Below the pieces are notes generated by a model. It was given only the letters and a program-made list of their open reading frames with translations. It had not been told where the DNA came from and did no database searches. The position numbers were made by a program, and so were the translations under genes. A DNA stretch of 58,678 nucleotides from an uncultured Lentimicrobiaceae bacterium (GTDB lineage Bacteria > Bacteroidota > Bacteroidia > Bacteroidales > F082). Shown piece after piece: positions 48,785 to 58,623 of this stretch (the first letter of the stretch is position 1; each line of letters starts with the position of its first letter). The stretch is from assembly GCA_964598065.1 (NCBI GenBank), contig CAZRAW010000001.1:1-58678 (forward strand), in the 5' to 3' direction.

Positions 48785-51046
48785 TTATTTTTCACTTGCT
48801 TTCCCATACAACCCCATGAGTACTTTTTCGGGCGTTAGGGGAGCATCAAAAGTATCAAAATCCGGATTAAAAGCATGAATGGCATTCCGAATAGCAAAAT
48901 AAGCTCCCAAACCATACATCAATGGCGGTTCGCCCACAGCCTTCGACTTAAAAATAGCCAGTTTGTGGCCAGCAGTCTTTAGCGGTTTTACCACCATCAC
49001 TTTGGGGAGTGAATAAATATCGGGAACTTTGTAGGTTGAAAGGCTGTTAGACAGCAGCCGTCCCGATTTATCATAAGCCAGCTCTTCCATGGTCATATAA
49101 CCAATCCCTTGCAGCACAGCACCTTCTGCCTGGCCGGTATCAATAACGGGATTCATGCTTTTGCCAAAATCGTGGATAATCTGCACCTCTTCTATTTCAT
49201 AAATACCCCGCAGGCAATCTACTTTGGCCGTGAGAACAGCCGTACCATAAACATGGTAAGCAAAGGGATGACCCTTGCCTTTTTCCTTATCGAAATAGAT
49301 AATAGGTGTGGAGTAATGTCCTGTTTCCGAGAGCTTTACACGTTGGGAACAGGCTTCCGTAACAAGTTGTTCCCAACGGACTTTAGTTACTTTTCCGCCG
49401 GCAAAGACCTGTTCATTCCGCAATTCAATTTCTACGGATTTGACACCATTTATATCGGCAGCAACTTTTTTAAGCCGTTGCACGATGACTTTGCAGGCTG
49501 CTAAAACAGCCTGTCCGTTAAGGTCGGCTCCGGTACTGGCCGCGGTAGGTGAAGTATTGGCTACACGCGTAGTATTAGTACTTTCCATTTTAATCCGTTC
49601 GGGAGCAATGCCAAGCGCCAGCGCAGCTACCTGTACCATTTTTGTATTCACACCCTGCCCCATTTCGATAGCACCCGTACTGACGCCCACGCTACCATCC
49701 GTATAAACATGCACCAAAGCCCGAGTCTGGTTCATCATAGTGTTTGTAAATGATATTCCAAAAGTTACCGGCATCAGTGCCAGCCCTTTTTTTACAAATC
49801 TGTTTTTCAGGTTAAAGTCATCAATCTCTTTCTGTTTTTGCAAAATTTTGAATTCCCGAAAGGCTGTTTTCCATGTTTTTCCGATATTTACCTGTTCGGC
49901 TTTTTGTCCGTAATAAAAGTAATCGTTTTCTTTCAGCAGATTTTTTTCCTGAATAGTGCTGGCGGGTACGCCTAACTCTGTGGCGGCTTTGGCAATGGCC
50001 GATTCGATGGTAAACATGCCCTGTGGTCCACCGAAGCCGCGAAAGGCCGTGTTGGGTAGCAGGTTGGTTTTGCAGCTGTAAATAGTAGCTTTTGTATCGG
50101 GAATAAAATAGGAATTGGTGGTATGAAACAATGTCCGTTCCGAAATAGCAGGCGAGAGGTCATTGACCGCTCCACCATTTTGGTAATAGGTAACTTCGTA
50201 CGCCAAAATCTTTAAATCTTCCGACAAACCGATTTTAAAATCGGAGGAGTAAGGGTGCCTTTTCCCCGTCATGCGCATGTCGTCGTGTCGCGAAAGCACC
50301 AGTTTTACAGGTTTTTGTAAATGATAGCTTGCCAGCGATGTCAAGCAGGCCCAGACGGTTGCCTGGTCTTCTTTTCCACCAAAAGCGCCCCCCAGCCGGG
50401 TTACATCTACCTGAACGTTGTGCATGGCAACCCCCAGCACTTTGGCAACGGCACGTTGTACAACCGTCGGACTTTGAGTGGACGAATAAACCATAAGATT
50501 TCCGTTTTCCAGCGGAAAGCAATAAGAGCCTTGTGTTTCGATATACAAATGCTCCTGACCACCAATCTCCACTTTTCCATCGAAAACATACCGGCAATCT
50601 TTCCATCGTTTCTCCGGATTACCCATGGCAAAAGTACGCGGCGGCATTAAAAGCAGCCCCTTTTCAGCTGCTTTGCGCGGATCGGTAACAGCCTCTAAAT
50701 TTTCATAACTGACTTTGATTTTTTTACGTGCCTCGCGGGCAATGAAATCGCTCTCGGCCACCACTATGGCCACCGGTTCTCCCTGAAACGTGACTTCATC
50801 CTCAGCCAGCAGTGTTTCGTCGGGAATGATGCCACCAATCTGGTTTTCTCCGGGGATATCTTTAAATGTAAAAACACGGACTACGCCGGGATGTTTTTCG
50901 GCTTCCGTTACTTTTAGCGAACGGATTTTCCCGTGGGCAACCGTTGCGTCCAGCACAGCGGCATACAAAGTGTTTTGCCTTACCGGGATGTCATCGAGAT
51001 AAATTGATTTGCCTGTTACATGTCCTTTGGAATCAATATTTTTCAT
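48785..51046 (-). CDS. xdhB: Xanthine dehydrogenase molybdopterin-binding subunit
   Basis: GGQEHLYIE, RLGGAFGGKE, TGKRH, AFRGFGGPQG, EMGQG, SKAVGEPPL (catalytic Glu). Confidence 0.93.
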   Translation of the reverse strand: MKNIDSKGHVTGKSIYLDDIPVRQNTLYAAVLDATVAHGKIRSLKVTEAEKHPGVVRVFTFKDIPGENQIGGIIPDETLLAEDEVTFQGEPVAIVVAESDFIAREARKKIKVSYENLEAVTDPRKAAEKGLLLMPPRTFAMGNPEKRWKDCRYVFDGKVEIGGQEHLYIETQGSYCFPLENGNLMVYSSTQSPTVVQRAVAKVLGVAMHNVQVDVTRLGGAFGGKEDQATVWACLTSLASYHLQKPVKLVLSRHDDMRMTGKRHPYSSDFKIGLSEDLKILAYEVTYYQNGGAVNDLSPAISERTLFHTTNSYFIPDTKATIYSCKTNLLPNTAFRGFGGPQGMFTIESAIAKAATELGVPASTIQEKNLLKENDYFYYGQKAEQVNIGKTWKTAFREFKILQKQKEIDDFNLKNRFVKKGLALMPVTFGISFTNTMMNQTRALVHVYTDGSVGVSTGAIEMGQGVNTKMVQVAALALGIAPERIKMESTNTTRVANTSPTAASTGADLNGQAVLAACKVIVQRLKKVAADINGVKSVEIELRNEQVFAGGKVTKVRWEQLVTEACSQRVKLSETGHYSTPIIYFDKEKGKGHPFAYHVYGTAVLTAKVDCLRGIYEIEEVQIIHDFGKSMNPVIDTGQAEGAVLQGIGYMTMEELAYDKSGRLLSNSLSTYKVPDIYSLPKVMVVKPLKTAGHKLAIFKSKAVGEPPLMYGLGAYFAIRNAIHAFNPDFDTFDAPLTPEKVLMGLYGKASEK

Positions 51047-52482
51047 GATGCCATAATTTTAGAAAATAAAACATCCGGAGTAAATTGTTTTGGAAACATT
51101 TCCGCGAAATGCACAAAGAAAAGCTGACGGAGCAACAGACTTTTGTATTCTTTGCTTCCGCGAATATCGCTGATGGGTGCAACTTCCGAAGTCAGAACTG
51201 CTGCTGCATCTTTAATTAGCTCCGGCGTGAGCGTCTTTCCTTTCAGAAAACTCACTGTTTTTTCCGCATAAAACGGCCATGCAAAAACACCACCTGCCGA
51301 AAGATGAACTTCCTTAATGGTATCGTCATCAAGCTGCAAGAGCATAGCCGAGTTGACACTCGCAATATCCAAATACTGGCGTTTACTGACCTTTTCAAAG
51401 TTGAAAAAGGTTTGCTGTGGCAGCCGGAAGCTTATGTGCAAAATCGTTTCATCAGGCTTCATTATTAGTTGTTTGTATCCCGTATAAAATTTTCGTAACG
51501 GAACGTTTCGTGTTGTGCCGCTTTTTGCTTTTAAATGCACTTCGGCATCGAGTGCCAGAAAGAAAATCACCAAATCGGCAATGGGAGATGCATTGACAAT
51601 ATTTCCGGCCACGGTTCCCATGTTACGGACAGGTTCCGAAGAAATGAGCTTGAAATATTCTTTTAGTCGTGGAAAATATTGCTGCAGTTCTACTTTGTGC
51701 AAGATGTCGGAAGCTGTTACAGTCCCGCCTATCCGACAAATTCCGTTATCTGTATCCACTTCAATGGTGTCGATGGCGTAAGCATCCGCTTGTGTCATAT
51801 CTTCTTTCAAAAAACAGAGATCGGCAACAGCCATCGCATCAGCCTGTTGTACAAACAGATCTGTCCCACCACCCACTATTTTCCCGGTTTCGCTTTCCTG
51901 GTTTTCCACCTTGAGTTGCTTTAACCGGCCGGCAATACCGTGAAAATATTCCGGCAGGAAAGCCTCTTTTATCAGCCATCCGAGAGGGTCTTTTCCGTCT
52001 TTTCTTTGCAGGAAGAAGGAAATATCTTCGGCAGCATGTTCAATGGATATGTAACCGGTACAACGGCAAATGTTTCCGCTAATAGCACTGATAACCCTTT
52101 CGGGAGACGATTTTTCCGGAGCCAAACTATGTGCCGTCAGCGACATGATAAATCCGGGCGTACAAAACCCGCATTGCGTAGCAGCATTGTCGATCATAGC
52201 CTGCTGTACCGGTGACATTTTATCTTTTTGAAGCCCTTCGATGGTAACAATGTGCCGGCCTTGTACATTTCCGAGAGGAGTGAGGCATGAGACAATGCTT
52301 TTGTAACGTACTTCGTCGTTTTCCAAGTATCCCTCCAGCACGGTACATGCGCCACAGTCGCCCTCACGGCAACCGGCTTTGGTTCCCATAAGATGCCTTT
52401 TATAGCGAATAAAATCAAGCAAAACCATACCTGGCCTATCGTCAGTTTGTATCAGTTGATTATTTAAAATGAAGGAGATCAT
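51043..52482 (-). CDS. xdhA: Xanthine dehydrogenase small subunit (2Fe-2S plus FAD)
   Basis: GTKAGCREGDCGAC, QCGFCTPG, NICRCTGY, GGGTD, RNMGTVAGNIVNASPIAD; 4-nt overlap with xdhB; -7 box at 52508-52515. Confidence 0.93.
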   Translation of the reverse strand: MISFILNNQLIQTDDRPGMVLLDFIRYKRHLMGTKAGCREGDCGACTVLEGYLENDEVRYKSIVSCLTPLGNVQGRHIVTIEGLQKDKMSPVQQAMIDNAATQCGFCTPGFIMSLTAHSLAPEKSSPERVISAISGNICRCTGYISIEHAAEDISFFLQRKDGKDPLGWLIKEAFLPEYFHGIAGRLKQLKVENQESETGKIVGGGTDLFVQQADAMAVADLCFLKEDMTQADAYAIDTIEVDTDNGICRIGGTVTASDILHKVELQQYFPRLKEYFKLISSEPVRNMGTVAGNIVNASPIADLVIFFLALDAEVHLKAKSGTTRNVPLRKFYTGYKQLIMKPDETILHISFRLPQQTFFNFEKVSKRQYLDIASVNSAMLLQLDDDTIKEVHLSAGGVFAWPFYAEKTVSFLKGKTLTPELIKDAAAVLTSEVAPISDIRGSKEYKSLLLRQLFFVHFAEMFPKQFTPDVLFSKIMAS

Positions 52483-52709
52483 ACTGAAAGAATTTGTGTT
52501 TAACGGACAAAACTACTAATTTTATCCCTGAAAAAAGCTGTTCTTCTCTTTGAAAAAGCAAAACAACCGTTGTTTAGATGGGTACATAAGCATAATCTTA
52601 TGATTTTTTGACCCGGGTTTTCCGGATTAACAAATAGTTGTAGAAGTAATGAAATTGACACTAGATAGAGTCTATCCATAATGTCCGATTTCTTAGGGGG
52701 TTAAAGCAT

Positions 52710-52813
52710 AAATAACAAGTTCGAAAAAACCAATTTTCAAACGGAACCCCGATTGTTTAGAATTTTGATATTGATTATTGGAATTTTATTTGAGTTTTGT
52801 GGTTTGGAATTTG
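52710..52813. repeat. Degenerate inverted heptamer repeat tract (CAA-rich left arm, TTG-rich right arm)
   Basis: aaataacaagttcgaaaaaaccaattttcaaac ... gtttagaattttgatattgattattggaattttatttgagttttgtggtttggaatttg, with roughly 7-nt periodicity. Confidence 0.5.
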
Positions 52814-52988
52814 CTTTTCCGGTTTCCGGGTTATAACAAATAAAATACTTTGTAAAAGAGCGGTATTACATGGCTGCAAAACCACAAGCGGGCAAAAAAG
52901 TTTCTCTTTTTTTTCGGTTTTACAAATTATAGAGTATATTTGAAATCCGATAATACCTGAAACACAGAACTCTAAAAAAAACAGAAAA

Positions 52989-55376
52989 ATGAAAATCTTT
53001 AAAAGGATCTTACTCATCGTTGCGCTTGTGGTCGTTGTATTGGCAGCTGCCGTTTATTTTTGGATGAGAAGCACGGCCCCAGACTATTCCGGAAAACTAC
53101 ATTTGCAAGGGCTGAAAGACAAAACCACCGTTGTATATGATGCTTACGGCGTCCCGCACATCTATGCACAAAATGCACAGGATGCTTATTTTACATTCGG
53201 TTACGTTCATGCACAGGACCGACTTTTCCAAATGGTTATGATCAGGCGTGTTGTAGAAGGCCGGCTGGCGGAAATTTTTGGGAAAGGCCTCGTAAAAACC
53301 GATAAATATATGCGCATACTCTCTTTGAACAAAATGGCTGAACGTAGTGCCGAACGCTTTATGAAAGAAGCTGATGAACCGGTTAAACAAGAGGTTCAGT
53401 CTTATGTTGATGGGATAAACGCTTTTATTAAAAACAGGACTCTTCCCATTGAATTTACGCTCATGGGTTTCAAACCGGAAAAATTTACGGTTCGTGATGT
53501 TTTCGGGATAATGGAATACATGTCACTAACATTTACTTCTGCCCTGAAAGAAGATCCGCTGGTTTATCGGATTTATCAAAAATATGGTAATGCTTATTTA
53601 AAAGATTTGGGTGTGGATTCCGCATCCATGGCTCATCTGTTGAATCCTCAGAAAGCCACACAACTTGCAAAAATCTTTAAACAGGTACAATCACTGCAAA
53701 GTTTGGTTCCCATTCCCATTTGGGAAGGCTCCAACAACTGGGTGGTTAGCAAAGAACATTCAAAATCGGGGAAAGTGCTTCTCGCCAATGACACTCATAT
53801 AAAATATTCTCAGCCTTCTGTATGGTACGAAGCTTATATCCAATATCCCGGCTTTAATCTTTACGGCTACTACCTTGCCGGGGTTCCTTTTGCCCTCGTG
53901 GGACATAACAACCATTATGGCTGGGGGTTAACGATTTTTCCTTTCGACAACATGGACTTGTATGCCGAGCAGCAAAATCCGGAAAATCCCAATCAATACC
54001 TGCATGCCGGAAAATGGCTGAATTACCGTGTTGACCATCAAATTATTAAAGTAAAAGGTGGCAAAAATGTTCCTTTCGATATCCGTTATACCATTCACGG
54101 TCCCATTCTCAATCCTGTTTACGGAGACATAACCGATAATCCGAAAGTGCCGATAAGCCTTTGGTGGGCGCCCATGCATCTGAAAACAACTGCCATGGAG
54201 GCACTTTATCAAATGAATAATGCCACCGACATGAAAAGTTTTGAAAAGGGCGTTTCTTTAATCGATATTGTGGGTTTGTATGTAGCTTACGGTGATACGG
54301 ATGGCAATATTGCCATGTGGGGTGCGGGGAAAATACCCATTCATCCGGCAGGCACAAATCCCCGCATGATTATGGATGGTGCCAGTGGAAAAGACGACAT
54401 CACCGGATTTTATCCCTTTGCAAAAAATCCACAATCAGTAAACCCGCCGGATGGTATTCTGAATACTTCCAATAATGCACCGCCTGCTGTTGATGGCATA
54501 ATTTATCCCGGATATTATTCCCCCGGATACCGTGCGAGACGCGTTAGGAAAATGCTTCTTTCCCAACCAAAATGGACGATCAAAGAGATGGAAAAAATTC
54601 AGCTTGACACCCATTCCGCCAGAGATTTGAGATTGGTTAAGCTCATTTTAAATAATCTTGGAGATTATAAAGGCGACCCGAAAATTGTAACCGCATTACA
54701 AAACTGGGATGGAAATTATGACACGGCCAGCATCGGAGCCGTTATCTATACACAATTGCTGTATTTTGTGTTGCGGGATGCCATGATGGACGAAGTCGGA
54801 GAAAAGGACTTTAAAAAGCTGCTAAGTACTAATCTGTTGCGCAGCGCCATCGAGCCTCTGTTTACCGATAAAAATTCGGTGTGGTGGGATAATGTAAAAA
54901 CCAAAGCCGTAGAAACCCGCTCTGATATTTTTCAGCGTGCTTTTTCGGAAACTACCGTAGCTCTTAAAAATAATATGGGTACGGATATGTCGAACTGGAA
55001 ATGGGGCCGGGTACATCAACTGACCAATGTGCATCCAATTGGGCGAAAAGCACCGTTCGACAAATTTTTTAACGTAGGACCTTTCCCCATACAGGGAAGT
55101 AATGAGGTGATTGATAAAGAGGCATTTACGTATAACGAACATGGTGTTTATCCGGTAACTTCAGGACCTGCGCTCCGTTTTCTGATAGATTTTTCCAATA
55201 CTGACCATGCTCTTTCCATCATCCCAACCGGCCAGTCGGGTAATGTTTTCAGTCCGTATTATGCCGATCAGGCCGAGATGTTTGTTCATGGAAAATACAG
55301 GACACAAATCATGTTACGAAAAGAGATAAAAAACGGAAAAACACTGACCCTGTTACCGGAATCTTCAAAAAATTGA
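52989..55376 (+). CDS. Penicillin acylase family Ntn-hydrolase
   Basis: YDAYGVPHIYA, HAQDRLFQM, GSNNWVV (Ser nucleophile, codon 53730), LANDTH, PTGQSG; N-terminal anchor. Confidence 0.93.
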   Translation: MKIFKRILLIVALVVVVLAAAVYFWMRSTAPDYSGKLHLQGLKDKTTVVYDAYGVPHIYAQNAQDAYFTFGYVHAQDRLFQMVMIRRVVEGRLAEIFGKGLVKTDKYMRILSLNKMAERSAERFMKEADEPVKQEVQSYVDGINAFIKNRTLPIEFTLMGFKPEKFTVRDVFGIMEYMSLTFTSALKEDPLVYRIYQKYGNAYLKDLGVDSASMAHLLNPQKATQLAKIFKQVQSLQSLVPIPIWEGSNNWVVSKEHSKSGKVLLANDTHIKYSQPSVWYEAYIQYPGFNLYGYYLAGVPFALVGHNNHYGWGLTIFPFDNMDLYAEQQNPENPNQYLHAGKWLNYRVDHQIIKVKGGKNVPFDIRYTIHGPILNPVYGDITDNPKVPISLWWAPMHLKTTAMEALYQMNNATDMKSFEKGVSLIDIVGLYVAYGDTDGNIAMWGAGKIPIHPAGTNPRMIMDGASGKDDITGFYPFAKNPQSVNPPDGILNTSNNAPPAVDGIIYPGYYSPGYRARRVRKMLLSQPKWTIKEMEKIQLDTHSARDLRLVKLILNNLGDYKGDPKIVTALQNWDGNYDTASIGAVIYTQLLYFVLRDAMMDEVGEKDFKKLLSTNLLRSAIEPLFTDKNSVWWDNVKTKAVETRSDIFQRAFSETTVALKNNMGTDMSNWKWGRVHQLTNVHPIGRKAPFDKFFNVGPFPIQGSNEVIDKEAFTYNEHGVYPVTSGPALRFLIDFSNTDHALSIIPTGQSGNVFSPYYADQAEMFVHGKYRTQIMLRKEIKNGKTLTLLPESSKN

Positions 55377-55430
55377 GCGGTTTGTTAGTCTTGAACTGTT
55401 TGATTCCCTATTTTTGTTAAAAATTTTCCC

Positions 55431-56453
55431 ATGAATACAAGCCGAAGCCGAACAGCAGATTTTTTGAAAGGGGTGGCACTCATTGCCATGGTGCAGCTTG
55501 TTTTGGTTGAATATTTTGCCCAACAACCTATTCTGAACGGTCTGGCGGGTAAAATCTCGCTTTTTTTGGGAGGTTCACCTGTGGCTCCCACATTTCTTGC
55601 CATTATGGGTTACTACATTGCCCGCCAGACACATGGATTTAGACGGACAATATCTCGCGGAGTTAAACTCATTTTACTCGGCGTTTTGTTGAATATTGCT
55701 CGAAATGCCATCCTCCTTTTTGATGTTTTCACGGCGAAGACCTCTGCGGATATCTGGCATTTGATTTTCGGTACAGACATTCTTATTCTCGCAGGATTGA
55801 GCCTTGTAGCCATGGCAATACTGATCAAAATCCTTCGTGGCCATGTATTAGCCTACCTCGCTTTGATTATTGTTTTTCTGTTATTACAATATATCATTCC
55901 TCCGGTGGAGAAAATGGCTCCCGATTCTGTTATTCTTCCCTTTTTCTACGGAAAATACCCACAGGCACAATTTCCTTTTATCCCCTGGTTTGCGTATGTG
56001 CTGGCGGGCTACACCTTTTATCTTTTTAAAAAGTTCTTTGTTTCCGATCAGTTTAAACACAGCCGTACCATCAAAATTATTCTTCTCAGCCTGTCGGGAA
56101 TCCTGCTAATATTGAGTCTGCCTTTCGGCTTCGATGTCTCCATAAACCATCGTTTGTTCTATCATCACGGTATTCTGTTCTTTCTGTTTTGTGTCAACTA
56201 TCTGTTCTGGTGGCTTTTGAGCGCTAGCTCTATTGTTTCAAGAGTCAACAACAAATTCACGGCTTATCTTGAATTTATCGGGAAAAATGTTACGGCATTT
56301 TACGTGATTTTTATGATATTGGCCGGGAACCTCGATCTCTTTTTCCAGAAAGGTCAGGATTATCTCATGTTGTTTATTGACTTTGCCGTTTTGCTTGCAG
56401 CCACCAGCTTTTTGGTATGGATTTGGGAGAGGACAAGAAGGAGAACTGCGTAA
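55431..56453 (+). CDS. DUF1624 / heparan-alpha-glucosaminide N-acetyltransferase-like membrane protein
   Basis: DFLKGVALIAM, APTFLAIMG, DILILAG, FPFIPWFAY; about 10 TMs. Confidence 0.75.
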   Translation: MNTSRSRTADFLKGVALIAMVQLVLVEYFAQQPILNGLAGKISLFLGGSPVAPTFLAIMGYYIARQTHGFRRTISRGVKLILLGVLLNIARNAILLFDVFTAKTSADIWHLIFGTDILILAGLSLVAMAILIKILRGHVLAYLALIIVFLLLQYIIPPVEKMAPDSVILPFFYGKYPQAQFPFIPWFAYVLAGYTFYLFKKFFVSDQFKHSRTIKIILLSLSGILLILSLPFGFDVSINHRLFYHHGILFFLFCVNYLFWWLLSASSIVSRVNNKFTAYLEFIGKNVTAFYVIFMILAGNLDLFFQKGQDYLMLFIDFAVLLAATSFLVWIWERTRRRTA

Positions 56454-56672
56454 ATTATTATGCTTAAAATGGGATAAATTTATGTGCTTTTTAAAACGTA
56501 TTAAATCCGGGATTAAATCTAAAGCATTATCGAATTGCACACCATTATTGACAATAAAGTTTTAGTTTAAAAAAATGAAAACGTTTAATTTATTCTGTAT
56601 GATGTTTAACAATTTCGTAAATCATTGAGACCAAATTTTATATCTATGTTTAATAATAAAAAAGGAGTTAAT

Positions 56673-57092
56673 ATGTTACCAAATTTTGATAAAGTTTTTA
56701 AAGTAGAACATGATACTTTTTATGGAGAACTTGCCCAATGGCGTATAGATTTTTTAAACCGGCAAAATATTAATGAATGCATTTACATTCTTTTTTCAGA
56801 AAAACGGGTTCCAAGAGTACTTTGTATAGATATTGAAGGAGTTTTATATATCGGTAAAGGAGCTTTGACGGAAAATCATGAAAGAATTGGCGAATTGATA
56901 AACACACTGAATGGTTCTTCAGAACAACATGATGCCGGAAAAAGGTATGAGAAGATAAAGGACAAATATCCCATCTGTGGGCTAAATTTAGGGGTAAAAT
57001 TAACAACAGAACCCGAAGGTGAAGAATCTAAATATCTAACGCAATATCTAAATGATTTTGGTGAACTTCCCCCGCTAAACAGACAGATATAA
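56673..57092 (+). CDS. Small GIY-YIG-like nuclease family protein (AT-rich)
   Basis: CIYIL...VLYIGKG, downstream Arg (HERI), Glu helix (EEESKYL-like PEGEESKYL) and terminal FGELPPLN; ATG 56673 follows AAAGGAG. Confidence 0.6.
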   Translation: MLPNFDKVFKVEHDTFYGELAQWRIDFLNRQNINECIYILFSEKRVPRVLCIDIEGVLYIGKGALTENHERIGELINTLNGSSEQHDAGKRYEKIKDKYPICGLNLGVKLTTEPEGEESKYLTQYLNDFGELPPLNRQI

Positions 57093-57142
57093 AAAATTAT
57101 GTTACCCACAATTCTATTATAGTCACTCCAACCCCAATCATT

Positions 57143-58435
57143 ATGATAGAGAAATACTTTCATTTACATGCTAACAATACCAACATCCGGACGGAAATCA
57201 TTGCCGGGGCAACCACCTTTCTGACCATGGCTTACATTTTGGTAGTCAATCCGTCTATCCTTGGGAAATCAGGAATGGATGTGAATGCCGTGTTTACTGC
57301 CACTGCTGTTTCATCCATTATCGCCACGCTCATCATGGCGTTTTATGCCAAATCGCCCATTGCCATGGCACCCGGTATGGGGCTGAATGTTTTTTTTGCT
57401 TTTACCGTAGTGCTGGCCATGGGTTACAGCTGGCAGTTTGCGCTAACGGCTGTTTTTCTCGAAGGTATTTTGTTTATTTTACTGACGCTGCTCAACGTTC
57501 GTGAGCTGATTGTGGATGCCATTCCGCTGAGCCTGAAACATGCCATTTCGGTGGGTATCGGGCTGTTTATTGCCTTTATCGGTCTTCAGGGGGCGGGCAT
57601 TATCGTACACGACAAAAGCACATTGGTCACTTTGGGAAACCTCGGAAGTCCGTCAGCACTTATTTGTTTTTTCGGGTTGATAGTTTCGGGCGTGCTTCTT
57701 GCTCTCCGGGTAAAAGGAGCTTTGTTAATTGGTATTTTTTCTTCTACCGTGCTGGCACTTTTCATGGGCGTTGCCTCCCTGCCACATACTGCGCTTATCC
57801 AAACGCCGCCTTCGATGGCACCTACTTTTTTGAAATTTGAGTGGACCCATGTTTTCACGACTGACATGGCCATCGTTTTGTTCACTTTTCTGTTTGTGGA
57901 TTTGTTCGACACCATTGGGACGCTGGTCGGCGTGGCATCACAGGCTAAAATGCTGGACGAAAAAGGGCGTTTCCCGTATGTCAACCGGGCTTTGCTGGCC
58001 GATGCCGTCGGTACTACGGTGGGTGCCATGCTTGGAACTTCGGCCGTTACCGCTTACGTGGAAAGTGCTGCCGGTGTAGCCGAAGGCGGACGAACCGGGC
58101 TCACCACGCTAATCGTAGCCGTCTTGTTTATCCTTTCGCTTTTTCTTGCCCCGCTGTTCTTGATGGTCCCCGCTTCGGCAACGGCTCCCGTACTTATTCT
58201 CGTGGGTGCTTTTATGTTGGAACCGGTTAAAAACATTTCTTTTACCGATTACACCGAAAGTATTCCAGCTTTTCTCACCATTGTTATGATGCCTTTCACT
58301 TACAGCATTGCCGAAGGAATTGCTTTTGGCATGGTTTCCTATGTGATTTTGAAAGTTCTCAGCGGAAGGCACAAAGAAATCAGTTTGGTCATGTATATTT
58401 TGGCGGCACTGTTTCTACTGAAGTTTTTTGTATAG
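57143..58435 (+). CDS. NCS2/AzgA-family purine (adenine/guanine/hypoxanthine) permease
   Basis: EIIAGATTFLTMAYILVVNP, APGMGLN, DLFDTIGTL, YVESAAGVAEGGRTGLT, MPFTYSIAEG. Confidence 0.93.
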   Translation: MIEKYFHLHANNTNIRTEIIAGATTFLTMAYILVVNPSILGKSGMDVNAVFTATAVSSIIATLIMAFYAKSPIAMAPGMGLNVFFAFTVVLAMGYSWQFALTAVFLEGILFILLTLLNVRELIVDAIPLSLKHAISVGIGLFIAFIGLQGAGIIVHDKSTLVTLGNLGSPSALICFFGLIVSGVLLALRVKGALLIGIFSSTVLALFMGVASLPHTALIQTPPSMAPTFLKFEWTHVFTTDMAIVLFTFLFVDLFDTIGTLVGVASQAKMLDEKGRFPYVNRALLADAVGTTVGAMLGTSAVTAYVESAAGVAEGGRTGLTTLIVAVLFILSLFLAPLFLMVPASATAPVLILVGAFMLEPVKNISFTDYTESIPAFLTIVMMPFTYSIAEGIAFGMVSYVILKVLSGRHKEISLVMYILAALFLLKFFV

Positions 58436-58623
58436 AAGCCGTTTCGGCTTATCCCCCGGCCAACGAATAATCTTCGCGCGTAGACTATTCTTCGAGTGTG
58501 GACGCTCGATGCGGGATAGAAATAATTCAACAAACATAATCTTGTGAATTTTGTAACACCTGCGGTTTTCCGATGCCGCTTTTATACTATTTTTGCTTTT
58601 GGAAAAACAGAAGTCCGCAATCC

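Noticed and set aside
52483-52988. Purine riboswitch upstream of xdhA (also sought before the NCS2 permease)
   Set aside because: No TATAA...ATATGG...GTTTCTACC...CCGTAAA pattern on either strand.
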